Below, one piece after another: positions 29,082-38,730 of a stretch of DNA of 64,000 bases. The stretch lies in IMG/VR virus record IMGVR_UViG_3300021964_000017; one strand, given 5' to 3'. The notes beneath the pieces are model-generated. The model had not been told where the DNA came from. It searched no databases and was given only the letters and a program-made list of their open reading frames with translations. This DNA comes from a virus. Positions within the stretch are counted from its first letter, which is position 1. Each line of letters starts with the position of its first letter. The position numbers and the translations under genes were made by a program.

Positions 29082-30200
29082 TTATCCTCCGTACGCATTA
29101 TATACAGCTTTGGCATCGCCAAGTCTTTCTTCATATTCCAGCCTATAGGCTCTAATAATATTACCTTGCTGAGAGTTTCTGCGTAGAAATGCTTGGATTC
29201 CTCCAGATCTTTGATATGATCTCCAGCTTTTAGCTTCTGGATGCTGACGTTTAAAGTTAACAGATACTTGTGGATTTTCATACCAGGCAAAGACCGTTTC
29301 AGTTGCAGACTCAATTGTTTGGTCTTCTTGCAACCAAGTATAAACAAATCGCAAGTCATTTTCTAATTCATGAGCTGCCCAGTTAAGTTGCATAGTGAAG
29401 TTTCCGACATATGCATTGTTGGCTGCAGCATATTGTTCTAACTGAACCCTTCGAGGACCGGTCCATTGAGCAATACCAAACCCTCCTCGACTTCCTGGAA
29501 CAAGAGGATCTACTTCACCAATTGTAGGATCCAATCGGGCGAAAGATTCATTCATAAAGTTGCCAACAAAAGCTGCTGCAACATATCCTGGGTTGTTGTG
29601 GTTTCTTTCTTGGAAGTATTGTTTAAAGAAGTTAAATGCTTGCTCTTGTCTGGTCTGGCCAATAAGATCAGTTGTAAGGTTTCCTGGTCCTGCAACAATA
29701 CCATTCAGAATCTCTACTTGGGCTTGAGTTAAAGGAGCGCCAACAGAGCCTTGAGGCTCACCAGCATCTTCTAGTCTTTGATTAATCGCATTGTTAATCT
29801 CATCACCCTGTTGATATTGACCAATGACTTCTGACTGGACAGGAGACACAAAACCATCAAGCGCGCCATCATACGTATATCTAAATGTTGGATTGTGTGG
29901 AATTGATCCTAGTACTAATGGAACCTGGGAGTGCTTACCATCAATAAACATTCCAAAGACCCTTGCGCCAATCTGAATACCTGTAGGCTGAGTGACGTGC
30001 ATTGTACCACCCTGTGTGACAGGAACCACAACATTTGCCCATGGTAGATCTGTGTTAGCAATCTTGGCTGTGTTTGTGCTGTGTAGGCCAAAGATCCTAA
30101 CTCTAACACGACCAAGTCTATCTGGATCAGCGATTGATTTAACCTCTCCGACAAACCATCTGGCATCGTCGCCATAATATTCTGTGCTAATTGTTCTCAT
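29082..30200 (-). CDS. gp5: gp5 N-terminal OB domain fused to a phage-tail-lysozyme-type domain
   Basis: WFVGEV...DP.RLGRVRVRIFGLH...LPWA...VFGMFIDG...P.VLGS; GNFMNES, GFGIAQWTGPRR, QL.W..HEL, YENP. Confidence 0.85.
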   Translation of the reverse strand: MRTISTEYYGDDARWFVGEVKSIADPDRLGRVRVRIFGLHSTNTAKIANTDLPWANVVVPVTQGGTMHVTQPTGIQIGARVFGMFIDGKHSQVPLVLGSIPHNPTFRYTYDGALDGFVSPVQSEVIGQYQQGDEINNAINQRLEDAGEPQGSVGAPLTQAQVEILNGIVAGPGNLTTDLIGQTRQEQAFNFFKQYFQERNHNNPGYVAAAFVGNFMNESFARLDPTIGEVDPLVPGSRGGFGIAQWTGPRRVQLEQYAAANNAYVGNFTMQLNWAAHELENDLRFVYTWLQEDQTIESATETVFAWYENPQVSVNFKRQHPEAKSWRSYQRSGGIQAFLRRNSQQGNIIRAYRLEYEERLGDAKAVYNAYGG

Positions 30201-31579
30201 TATGTTGATCCTGTCGACTTTGTTAACTTGACAATATCCATTTGGGTATCATAAATACCATCAACAAATTTATGTCTTGCCTTATATACCAAAAACTTAC
30301 CAGATCTATCTGGATCAATTTGAGAATTGTTTGTTGGGTCTGTGGTTGGCATAGCATACTCCAACCTAATAGTTGATCCTACCCCAGCCAATGGATCAAG
30401 AAGGTATGGCTGGCCAGGAACAGAGATAGTGAATACATTATTCATTAGCAACGATCTCAATGCTGCTGATTTAATTTTTAGTTTGTACAATCCAGCATTA
30501 CCATTCTCATCGTGGTATCCAGCAAGCTGTGAACCATCTTCATCGTAAAATTGTTTTGAAGCTACAACAGAGCTAAACGCTTTTGATCTATAGCTACCAA
30601 TGTTTAACAATCCTTTGTTTGTAACTCCGATTTGTAGGTTGTCATCAAATGCAATCCCATCTTCTGGGGCATATCCCAGATCATTCATAAACTGATTAAT
30701 AGTATCTCTACCACTATGAAAACCATCTTGTGATTCTGCACCGGACGTTAAATTATATACATCATATGATGATCCAAGAGCTCCTGACTGAGCCAACCTC
30801 ATTGTGCTTTCGATACTCGATGCTGCATATGATTTTACATGGAACATCTGTCTAAGCTGTGTATCAGGACTGTCAGGGCCAGCAAACATATTGTGTGATG
30901 ATTGTGCATATGTGTATGGAGTATTGACATTCCAAGCTGCTGTGGCAATCAAAGAGGAAAGATCATCTAGGTGAATATCATCACTTCTCAGAGTTGCAAA
31001 CAAAAAGAATGGGCTACCATTTGCTGTAGACATTCTATCTCTCAACCAATCGGCAGCTTCAAGAGGTGTCCACTGAGGGATGATAACTTTCATTTTATTC
31101 TGAGCAGCAAAGTTCTGCAACGCAAAGTTTTCATCATTATATGTTAGCTGTTTTTCTAAATGACTACTCAATATATTTTCAATGATATCTTCAGGAACAC
31201 CTGTGTATGCTTCACTGATCTTTTGAATTGCACTTAGATATGCATGCTCTTCAATAAGAGTTAGCACTCTAACATCAGTACGTTCGTTAACTGATATCTC
31301 TTTAGCGATTCCAGTAACCATAAAGTTTTTAACAATTGGGTTAGAACTACTTGTCGCCTTTATGTGAATGGCTACGCGCTCGGACCCTTTAATACCAATT
31401 GTCGTCTTAAATGCAACATCATCCATCATTGCAATGGATGCAGTAAGATAAGGCAACTCAATATTCTCAAAGATGTTGAGTTCAACTACAGACGTTGTGA
31501 GATCGAAGATCTCTTCTGGAAATCTTTCTGTAGTAAAATCTACTTGCTGAATAATATATTGATTCTGTTCAGTTGACAT
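30200..31579 (-). CDS. Baseplate hub / tail protein (gp27-like position)
   Basis: ELNIFENI..PYLTA, ISEAY.G, P.W.P, ISVPG, SGKFLV...RH.F; located between gp53 and gp5. Confidence 0.65.
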   Translation of the reverse strand: MSTEQNQYIIQQVDFTTERFPEEIFDLTTSVVELNIFENIELPYLTASIAMMDDVAFKTTIGIKGSERVAIHIKATSSSNPIVKNFMVTGIAKEISVNERTDVRVLTLIEEHAYLSAIQKISEAYTGVPEDIIENILSSHLEKQLTYNDENFALQNFAAQNKMKVIIPQWTPLEAADWLRDRMSTANGSPFFLFATLRSDDIHLDDLSSLIATAAWNVNTPYTYAQSSHNMFAGPDSPDTQLRQMFHVKSYAASSIESTMRLAQSGALGSSYDVYNLTSGAESQDGFHSGRDTINQFMNDLGYAPEDGIAFDDNLQIGVTNKGLLNIGSYRSKAFSSVVASKQFYDEDGSQLAGYHDENGNAGLYKLKIKSAALRSLLMNNVFTISVPGQPYLLDPLAGVGSTIRLEYAMPTTDPTNNSQIDPDRSGKFLVYKARHKFVDGIYDTQMDIVKLTKSTGST

Positions 31580-31580
31580 A

Positions 31581-32330
31581 TTATTCTCTCAATAACTTAA
31601 AGTACTCATTTGCTACAGCTGTAATTTGATTGGGTTTGATTACTACTATGCTTTTCAAATTTGTATTAAAATTAATATAATCTTCCATAATTGTAACTGG
31701 AGTTAGACCAGATGTTACTTGGTTATATGGATCAATGTCAACAATTGTCCCAGAAGAATCTTTATAGTATACCACCGAATTATATTGTTCTGTTTCTTTT
31801 ATCACCGTAACAACATTCACAGCCTGTTGTTCAATAGTATCACCAGCTGCGATTTGTTCTGTAGACCCAAAGTTATTATTGACGCCAGCATCATTTTTAT
31901 CTGAAGCAATAATCAACTGTCCTAAGTCTAAGTTTCTTTCTACAATTCTTCCAGTAGTACCAGATGTCTTACCAACAACATTTACACCAGGAAGAAAGAA
32001 CGATGCAATGTTACCTTCAGTGGTTACAGCTCTGTGAGGATACCTCTTTTTAACCATTGTTCTTAATTCATGCTCAGGCATGGGCCAACCAGACTCTCTC
32101 AGTCCATCATTCATAGCAAAGAATGTCCAGTGGTAATCTGGGGTTCCGTATAGCTTCTGAGAAACTATATCTGGTCGATCTCCATCTAGAATTGTGTACT
32201 TCTCATAAAAAGAAATCTCTTGTTTAACCTGATCAATAATATCAATATACGCACTAAGGTTAGGAAACAGTGTTTGTGCTTCATTGTCGCCAAAGTTGTA
32301 TCCTACTAAAGGAAATTTTTTAAAATACAT
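31581..32330 (-). CDS. gp53: Baseplate wedge subunit gp53
   Basis: MYFKKFP.V.Y, Y.I.DGDRPD.VS.KLYG...YHW, WP. Confidence 0.9.
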   Translation of the reverse strand: MYFKKFPLVGYNFGDNEAQTLFPNLSAYIDIIDQVKQEISFYEKYTILDGDRPDIVSQKLYGTPDYHWTFFAMNDGLRESGWPMPEHELRTMVKKRYPHRAVTTEGNIASFFLPGVNVVGKTSGTTGRIVERNLDLGQLIIASDKNDAGVNNNFGSTEQIAAGDTIEQQAVNVVTVIKETEQYNSVVYYKDSSGTIVDIDPYNQVTSGLTPVTIMEDYINFNTNLKSIVVIKPNQITAVANEYFKLLRE

Positions 32331-32332
32331 TA

Positions 32333-33301
32333 TTAGTATCCTTTTCCAATAAGCTCTTTATGGAGTGTTGATGATTCAACGAATGTCATTGAAATATCCA
32401 CTTCAGTGAAGTCCCCACCTTCCAAGAATCCCATACCACTTGAGTTATATGTTGCCGTAAAGTTTCTCAGATATGACGGCAGAATTCTTGTAGCCAATCG
32501 GTTGCTAGTGTTTTTGTAATACATGTTGATATCAAACACATTTGGAAACTCATACCCAGCATTAATACTACCAATCTTAATTACTTCAGGATACAATTCA
32601 GATCTAAAGAAGTTAACAATTTCTTTAATGTTCTGAGTTTCTGTCTTTGATGTAGGAATCATTTTAAATGTAAATGTAAACTCTCTAAGCGGTACACTCT
32701 TAAACAAAGCTCGTGTATTAGGGTTTACAGAAGTTCTAGTTGCCGATCTAACAGCGCCTCTGGCTGCGTCAGACGGGATCTTATTGGCCGCTCTTGTTAC
32801 TGCCAGTCTGCCTACAGGAGTTCCTAGAGGAGCGTTTCCTGTTAGTGTATCTACAAAGGAATCGATACCTTCTACCGTAGCATTCATTAGTGATGGAACA
32901 ACAGCATTACCAGCCTGAAGACCAGCCGCAGCACCAGCGCCTAAGATTCCAAGGTCTACATTATCATATGCAGCAGCATCATTGATCTGAACAGCTTGGG
33001 GTAGATATAATGTACATTTTCTTAGAAAGCGTTCAATCCGCTCACCAGATTCAATAGTCTGGTAAGCAGGATCGTTACCATTCATACCATCAATAATGTT
33101 AGCTCGGGTTGCGGAGGTAGCTCTTACTCTCGCAGCTGCACGTGCCAAACCAGGATCAACCTGGCCAGTACCATATCCAGATACAGGTGTAGCATTACCA
33201 AAGATAGCTGCCACATCAACAGACCGCAATTTAATAGCCTGGAAACTAACTCGTGCTTCATACTTTGTGTCTTGTAAATCAACTGGGAATTGTAGAGCCA
33301 T
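32333..33301 (-). CDS. gp48: Baseplate tail-tube cap gp48
   Basis: LYLP, NPN...LF....LREFTFTFKMIP.S..E...I..IV.FFR, P..F.I, ISMTF.E. Confidence 0.9.
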   Translation of the reverse strand: MALQFPVDLQDTKYEARVSFQAIKLRSVDVAAIFGNATPVSGYGTGQVDPGLARAAARVRATSATRANIIDGMNGNDPAYQTIESGERIERFLRKCTLYLPQAVQINDAAAYDNVDLGILGAGAAAGLQAGNAVVPSLMNATVEGIDSFVDTLTGNAPLGTPVGRLAVTRAANKIPSDAARGAVRSATRTSVNPNTRALFKSVPLREFTFTFKMIPTSKTETQNIKEIVNFFRSELYPEVIKIGSINAGYEFPNVFDINMYYKNTSNRLATRILPSYLRNFTATYNSSGMGFLEGGDFTEVDISMTFVESSTLHKELIGKGY

Positions 33302-33311
33302 TTAATATTCC

Positions 33312-33345
33312 AATAAATAGTGTTAAATCGTTGAAAGTATTTATA
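33312..33345. promoter_or_regulatory. Face-to-face late promoters: AATAAATA (+, 33312-33319, gp4) and TATAAATA (-, 33338-33345, gp48)
   Basis: Both lie in the 43-bp divergent gap. Confidence 0.7.
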
Positions 33346-33857
33346 TGGCTTATTCAGGAAAGTATATTGTAAAACACCGGAGCAAATACAATGGTGACGC
33401 GGATAAGGTGATTTATCGCTCTATGTGGGAAAGACATTGCTTCTATTGGTGTGATATGAATGCTAATATTAAAAGTTGGTCTAGTGAAGAAGTAGTCATT
33501 CCATATCGTTGGGATGTTGATAAACGCATGCATCGTTACTTTATGGATCTCAAGATTACTTATAAGACTGGCAAGACAATACTTGTAGAGATCAAACCAG
33601 ACAAAGAAACCAAACCTCCAAAGAGACCCGACAAGTCTAAACGGTATATCAACGAAGCAATGACATATGTAAAGAATATGAACAAGTGGGAAGCTGCCAA
33701 TGAGTATGCTAAAGATCGGGGATGGGACTTTCAAATCTGGACTGAAAAGACTTTGACTGAAATGGGAATTATGCCCACACAATCAAAGAAGGGAAGTTTA
33801 AAACCTCTCAAGCCGCTAAAGCCTTTTCGAAAGAAAAAGCCTAAGAAAAAGGTATAA
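33345..33857 (+). CDS. gp4: Head completion nuclease gp4
   Basis: MAYSGKY...KY.GD...IYRS.WE, WSSEE..IPY, HRYF.D, EIKP, N..KWEAA. Confidence 0.95.
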   Translation: MAYSGKYIVKHRSKYNGDADKVIYRSMWERHCFYWCDMNANIKSWSSEEVVIPYRWDVDKRMHRYFMDLKITYKTGKTILVEIKPDKETKPPKRPDKSKRYINEAMTYVKNMNKWEAANEYAKDRGWDFQIWTEKTLTEMGIMPTQSKKGSLKPLKPLKPFRKKKPKKKV

Positions 33858-33860
33858 ATA
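33853..33860 (+). promoter_or_regulatory. Late promoter TATAAATA
   Basis: Exact consensus overlapping the gp4 stop, 5 nt before the gp2 ATG. Confidence 0.75.
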
Positions 33861-33865
33861 CCACC

Positions 33866-34450
33866 ATGAGCAATTTATTTCAAACACTAGAGATGGAAGC
33901 ATTCCGTAACGGAATCACACCTCGTACAAAACAATCCAGAGAATGGTTCCGTAAGAAGGCCCAGTCAATGCGGCGTGTCAATCGTAATCAGATTATGAAA
34001 GAAGAGCCAATTGAGTTGAAGAGCAGATTCCAGCCAGGTGCAATGGCCATGTTCTTTTACGATCCTAAGACAAAAGAAAAGCTCCCCTACTATGACTCCT
34101 TTCCATTAACAATTATTGTAGACTCTGCTCCTGGTGGATTCTATGGAATGAATCTACATTATCTTCCTCCAATGCTCAGAGCTAAGTTCTTAGACGTGTT
34201 GTTGGATAATACTAATAATAAGTACTATGATGAAAAGACAAGGTTTGCTGTGTCGTACAACTATCTAAAGAGATCTGCGCGCACTAAGTATTTTAAACCA
34301 TGCTTCAAACATTATCTAACAGACCATGTTAAGAGTAGATTTGCTATTATACCAGCGCCTGAGTGGGAGATTGCAACATTCTTACCTTTGGCTGATTGGC
34401 AAAAAGCTAGTGGTAGTAAAGTATATGCAGATTCAAGAAGGATGCTGTAA
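33866..34450 (+). CDS. gp2: DNA end protector gp2
   Basis: FFYDPKTK..LPYYD.FPL, G.NLHYLP...R, PCFKHYL..HV.S, W..A..LP. Confidence 0.95.
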   Translation: MSNLFQTLEMEAFRNGITPRTKQSREWFRKKAQSMRRVNRNQIMKEEPIELKSRFQPGAMAMFFYDPKTKEKLPYYDSFPLTIIVDSAPGGFYGMNLHYLPPMLRAKFLDVLLDNTNNKYYDEKTRFAVSYNYLKRSARTKYFKPCFKHYLTDHVKSRFAIIPAPEWEIATFLPLADWQKASGSKVYADSRRML

Positions 34451-35019
34451 TGAACATTGATCAATTAAAATCGGTTGCATCTAAGTCAAGAGGATTTGCT
34501 AGCGCAAACCAATTTATGGTTACTCTACCATCCCTTGGTAGATATGATACTAGAGATCTAAATATCCTTTGTACCAATGTTAATATGCCAGGTAGACAGA
34601 TCCTGACACAAGAAAGACTAATTGGTGTTAAAGGTCGTAAGATGCCTAATGGATTCGCATCAGATGATGTGAGTATGACATTTCATGTTATGAATGACTA
34701 TATGATTAAAAACTACTTTGAAGAGTGGCAAGAGTCAACAATTAGTCAAGCAACGCATGAGATTGCATATCCTTCTTCCTATTGTAGGGATGTGAGGATT
34801 GCACAGCTAAAGAAGGGAATGGCTTTTGATTTCCCTGTAGATAAAATCTTTGGTATCAATTTGGATATCGATATTCGTACCAGAGATTCTATCGTCTATG
34901 AATGCAAACTGATGGATGCATTCCCAACAACTTTGAACGCAATTGAATTAAATAACGAGTTGGATGGCCTAGTCCAACTCAATGTCCAGCTTTCGTATAG
35001 AAACTGGGAGAAAGTATAA
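34450..35019 (+). CDS. gp54: Baseplate tail-tube initiator (gp54 / gp19-like fold)
   Basis: G.A..NQF.V, LC..V.MPG, FEEWQ, L.DAFP......L, V.LSYR.W. Confidence 0.75.
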   Translation: MNIDQLKSVASKSRGFASANQFMVTLPSLGRYDTRDLNILCTNVNMPGRQILTQERLIGVKGRKMPNGFASDDVSMTFHVMNDYMIKNYFEEWQESTISQATHEIAYPSSYCRDVRIAQLKKGMAFDFPVDKIFGINLDIDIRTRDSIVYECKLMDAFPTTLNAIELNNELDGLVQLNVQLSYRNWEKV

Positions 35020-35031
35020 GGATGATAAATT

Positions 35032-35733
35032 ATGGCACTACCTAAGATTAATGGAACTCCAAAGTATGATATGACTATTCCTTCAACAAAGGAAACGGTT
35101 AGGTTCAGACCGTTCCTCGTTAAAGAAGAAAAAGTTCTTATGATGGCTATGGAGTCTAATGACAATAATCAAATGTTAAACTCTATTGTAGATACGTTAG
35201 ATGCGTGTGTAGAAAATGGAGTTGATAAACAAAACTTAACAACATTTGATGTTGAGTATATGTTCACCAAACTAAGAGCTAAGTCGGTTGGAGAAACTTC
35301 AAAAGTTGGAGTTCAATGTACACAATGTGATGAACAAAATGAAGTATCAATAAATGTAGAAGATATTCAAATAGATGTCCCCAAAACAGATCATATTATT
35401 GACCTAGGAAATGATATCAAAGTTGAAACTAAGTGGCCTTGTTATTCTGACATTATTAAATTGAATCCAGATGGTAATTCTACCGATCAAGTTTTTGCAA
35501 TTTTGAGAGCAAGTCTATCTGCTGTTCATACTAATGATGAACGGCTCGACTTAAAAGATGAGACTGAAAAAGAAATTCAAGACTTTATTGAGTCGATGAA
35601 TAGAAGTCAGTTTGAGATGCTGCAACATTTTGTTGAAGGAATGCCTTCATTATCACACAATGTTGAATTTAAATGCTCAAGCTGTAGTGCAGAAAATAAA
35701 GTTGTTTTAGAAGGAATGCAAAGTTTTTTTTAG
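35032..35733 (+). CDS. gp26: Baseplate hub assembly protein gp26
   Basis: MALPKI..PKY, RPFLVKEEK.L, FDVEY.F..LRAKSVGE, CxxC twice, LEG..SFF. Confidence 0.9.
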   Translation: MALPKINGTPKYDMTIPSTKETVRFRPFLVKEEKVLMMAMESNDNNQMLNSIVDTLDACVENGVDKQNLTTFDVEYMFTKLRAKSVGETSKVGVQCTQCDEQNEVSINVEDIQIDVPKTDHIIDLGNDIKVETKWPCYSDIIKLNPDGNSTDQVFAILRASLSAVHTNDERLDLKDETEKEIQDFIESMNRSQFEMLQHFVEGMPSLSHNVEFKCSSCSAENKVVLEGMQSFF

Positions 35734-35912
35734 TGTGTCTATCTCACAATGATTTATACACTCATTATCAAACTAACTTTTCTTTAATGCAACACCATAA
35801 ATATAGTTTGAGTGAGATAGACGAAATGATACCTTGGGAACGGGAAGTTTATCTTTCATTACTCATAGACTATTTAAAACAAGAAGAGCAAGCTAGAAGA
35901 GAAGCAGGATAA
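35730..35912 (+). CDS. gp51: gp51-like baseplate hub assembly segment (-1 frame relative to gp26)
   Basis: Hand translation: LVCLSHNDLYTHYQTNFSLMQHHKYSLSEIDEMIPWEREVYLSLLIDYLKQEEQARREAG*; no ATG at the start of the conserved region. Confidence 0.85.
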   Translation, partial: LVCLSHNDLYTHYQTNFSLMQHHKYSLSEIDEMIPWEREVYLSLLIDYLKQEEQARREAG

Positions 35913-35914
35913 CA

Positions 35915-37738
35915 ATGGCAACATTAACAGATGTAATAGACCAGTTAAAAGTTAACAATGTTGGTATTGATAACACGTCAAAAAATATTGACAAGCTCGT
36001 ACAAAGCATTGAACGGTCCCGCCTCGATAACCTAGAAGATAAGTTAGATAAAAATAGAGCTGTGAAGCCTATTGTTGAAAAATCTAAAGCGTTTCAGGCT
36101 GGCGAAAATGTAGGCAGTTTTGGTTTTATGGGGATGTTTAACCCAGCTGCCCTATTAGCACCACTACTAGCAAGTGTCACAGCGTTTGGTGCTGGTATTG
36201 CTGACCTGCGTGGTTGGGAAAAGGGTGCAATAACATCTATTACAAAAGGTCTTACAACACTAACAAGTAGTGCTCTTGATGGCGCTAGAAATTTACGGAC
36301 AGGCATTCTTGGGAAGATGTTTGGCATTGAAGTTGATGCTAAAACAGGTTTGGCGAAATCAGGAGATACGACTAAAAAAGGCTTGGCGATCTATAGGCCA
36401 TTAAGTGAAGTAATCGAGGCACGGTTTGCTTCTCTAAGAACTGGATTCCTTAATGCGTTTGGTGTTGGAGCTGATGGTAAGCCAATTCAAGACCCAAAAA
36501 ACAAAATGAAGGTGAGTACGACAGGCGCGTTTATCACTAAAGCCACCGAGCGGATTAATAAGTTGTTAAGCCCTGTTATGAAAGTGTCGGCAGGTATTGC
36601 TGACTTTATCAAGGGCGCTGGATCGGGGTTATTTAAGTTTTTAGATCCATTCATTTCAGGTGCAAAAGCTTTTGGAACTATGTTTTCTAAAATACTTTGG
36701 CCAGTTGGAGTTATTATGTCTTTGTTTGAAGCTGTGACTGCATACCAGAACGAAGACGGTTCTAAGTTTGACAAATTCAAAGAAGGTTTTGGCACATTCT
36801 TTGCAGACTTTATAGGTGCACCACTTGACCTTCTAAAGTCCGGTATGGTATGGATAATGAGAAAACTGCTAGGAGTTGAGGTTGATGATGATGGTAATAT
36901 CAAGCCAGGGCAAGGCATCTCTGGTGATGCATTAGCTATTATTCAAAAGTTTAGCTTCAAAGAATCTATTAAATCCTTAATTGATGGAGTGTTTAGCATT
37001 GGCGAATCTGCATTCAAGTGGTTTAGCGACTTGTTCTCTGGTGAGAAGTCTATTGGAGAGTCTATGTCTATCTTATGGAAAGCGTGGTTGGGCGCAGCAG
37101 CAGATATAGGTAGCTGGGTTTGGAACAAAGCAATTGCTCCTATCACAGAATGGTTTGCGTCTAAGTTAGGTATTGATTTAGACCTACCTGAGCTTGATAT
37201 CAAAGAAATGGTTGGTAATACATACGAAAGAATCAAGAATAACTTCTTAAACTCTATGGAAAACCTAGCCATATGGTTCATGACTATGCCCAAGAAGATA
37301 GGACTTGCTTTAGAAGAAGAATGGGTATATGCAATAGCAAAACTCAAAACTGGGTTTGTTAAATTTGGTGAATGGATTTCTGGCTTGCCAGATTCTATAT
37401 TCTTAGGATCATTGCAGAAGTTAAAAGATACTGTACCCAATTGGGCATCCAAAGCTCTGGGGTTAAATTCATCAATTGAAAACGCTCAAGCACGTGTTGA
37501 TGCTAGAGGAGCAGGTACAGCAGCGTCAATGGAAAGAATTGACTTCGAGACTGCTAGACAACTTGGAGATATTAATCAAAGACGTCAAGAGTTAGAAACA
37601 TACGCTCAGCAGCTAATTGATGCCAAACAGTATAACTCAACAACTGTGAACTCTGGTGGCATTGTCATGGATGCGACAACTCCCACCACTGATCCTCTCG
37701 GTGGTGGGAGCGCTTACGCATTTGTGGGTGGTAGGTGA
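35915..37738 (+). CDS. Tape-measure-like baseplate hub protein (gp29 position)
   Basis: 607 aa, helical, Gly/Ala-rich with periodic W/F; directly follows gp26/gp51. Confidence 0.65.
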   Translation: MATLTDVIDQLKVNNVGIDNTSKNIDKLVQSIERSRLDNLEDKLDKNRAVKPIVEKSKAFQAGENVGSFGFMGMFNPAALLAPLLASVTAFGAGIADLRGWEKGAITSITKGLTTLTSSALDGARNLRTGILGKMFGIEVDAKTGLAKSGDTTKKGLAIYRPLSEVIEARFASLRTGFLNAFGVGADGKPIQDPKNKMKVSTTGAFITKATERINKLLSPVMKVSAGIADFIKGAGSGLFKFLDPFISGAKAFGTMFSKILWPVGVIMSLFEAVTAYQNEDGSKFDKFKEGFGTFFADFIGAPLDLLKSGMVWIMRKLLGVEVDDDGNIKPGQGISGDALAIIQKFSFKESIKSLIDGVFSIGESAFKWFSDLFSGEKSIGESMSILWKAWLGAAADIGSWVWNKAIAPITEWFASKLGIDLDLPELDIKEMVGNTYERIKNNFLNSMENLAIWFMTMPKKIGLALEEEWVYAIAKLKTGFVKFGEWISGLPDSIFLGSLQKLKDTVPNWASKALGLNSSIENAQARVDARGAGTAASMERIDFETARQLGDINQRRQELETYAQQLIDAKQYNSTTVNSGGIVMDATTPTTDPLGGGSAYAFVGGR

Positions 37739-38653
37739 TTAGTCCTCTGCAGCCAACTTAGCAAAGTAACTCATGGTATCATCTTCCATACCAGACTCTG
37801 CTGTAGCAATCTCTGGTTGAGGCGATCCAGCGATATCAGGCTGGGGAGCTGATGGAAAGTCAGGGATCTCATCATCAAGTTCCAATGAAGCTGCTTGCTT
37901 TTGAGTACGAGGAGCTTGTTCACCAAGAACCATAGCCAAACGAGACTTGAGCTCGTCATAGGTCTTGTAGTTCTTCGGATCAGTAAACTCCGTCATATCA
38001 TGCTGCTTACTATACAGCTCCTCCATTGCCTCGTCTTCACCAATTGCTGATGGAGACTTAAATGAAGAGGCATCATAGTTAGGATAGCCTTCGACCTTAC
38101 GGATCTTAACAGTAAAGTCTGCACCTTCCCACATGTCGAATGGATTAACAGGCTTCTCGTCTGGGAACTGAGGTTGCATGCTATCCATAATCTTGTCAAA
38201 GATCTTCTTACCAAAACGATACAGTTTGATCTGTCCTTCGTTCTCTGGTGCAGATGGATCTGAGATGATCAATACGTTTGCAACATACCGCAAGTTCCGC
38301 TTACGTTGACGTACTGTAGCTTTGTCAGCCTCGACACCAGAGTTCCACATTTTACTGTTTAGCTCTGAGAGAGGATCTTGCTGACCAATAGAAGTCAATG
38401 ACTTCTCAATGTACCACTGACCAGTTGGGCCTTTGAATGCATGGTCCCAGTAGCGGACCCATGGAGTGGCTGCTTCTGCATCTCCTGGCAAGAAGCGAAT
38501 CACAGCGTAACCATTGCCAGCCTTATCTCGTGTAGGCTGCCAGAATCGAGGGTCATCTGATTGTCGTTTAGTTTGACCTCCAGTAGCTTGCTGAGCTTGC
38601 TCTACAAGTTTACCGAGGTCGGCGCGGTTACGTTTTAGCGCTGCGAATGACAT
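37739..38653 (-). CDS. gp32: Single-stranded DNA-binding protein gp32
   Basis: D.RFW.P..DKAGNGYAVIRFLP, H.FKGPTGQWYIE.SL, FGKKIFDKI, NPFD.WEGADF, YFAKLAAED. Confidence 0.97.
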   Translation of the reverse strand: MSFAALKRNRADLGKLVEQAQQATGGQTKRQSDDPRFWQPTRDKAGNGYAVIRFLPGDAEAATPWVRYWDHAFKGPTGQWYIEKSLTSIGQQDPLSELNSKMWNSGVEADKATVRQRKRNLRYVANVLIISDPSAPENEGQIKLYRFGKKIFDKIMDSMQPQFPDEKPVNPFDMWEGADFTVKIRKVEGYPNYDASSFKSPSAIGEDEAMEELYSKQHDMTEFTDPKNYKTYDELKSRLAMVLGEQAPRTQKQAASLELDDEIPDFPSAPQPDIAGSPQPEIATAESGMEDDTMSYFAKLAAED

Positions 38654-38701
38654 ATGTATTCTCCTTATTAAGATATGTGTCGTATGGTTGTATGTTCGTA
38701 T

Positions 38702-38730
38702 ATTATACTACATTATATATGGCTAATCAA
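38702..38730 (-). promoter_or_regulatory. sigma70-type promoter for gp32
   Basis: TTGATT-17-TATAAT. Confidence 0.7.
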
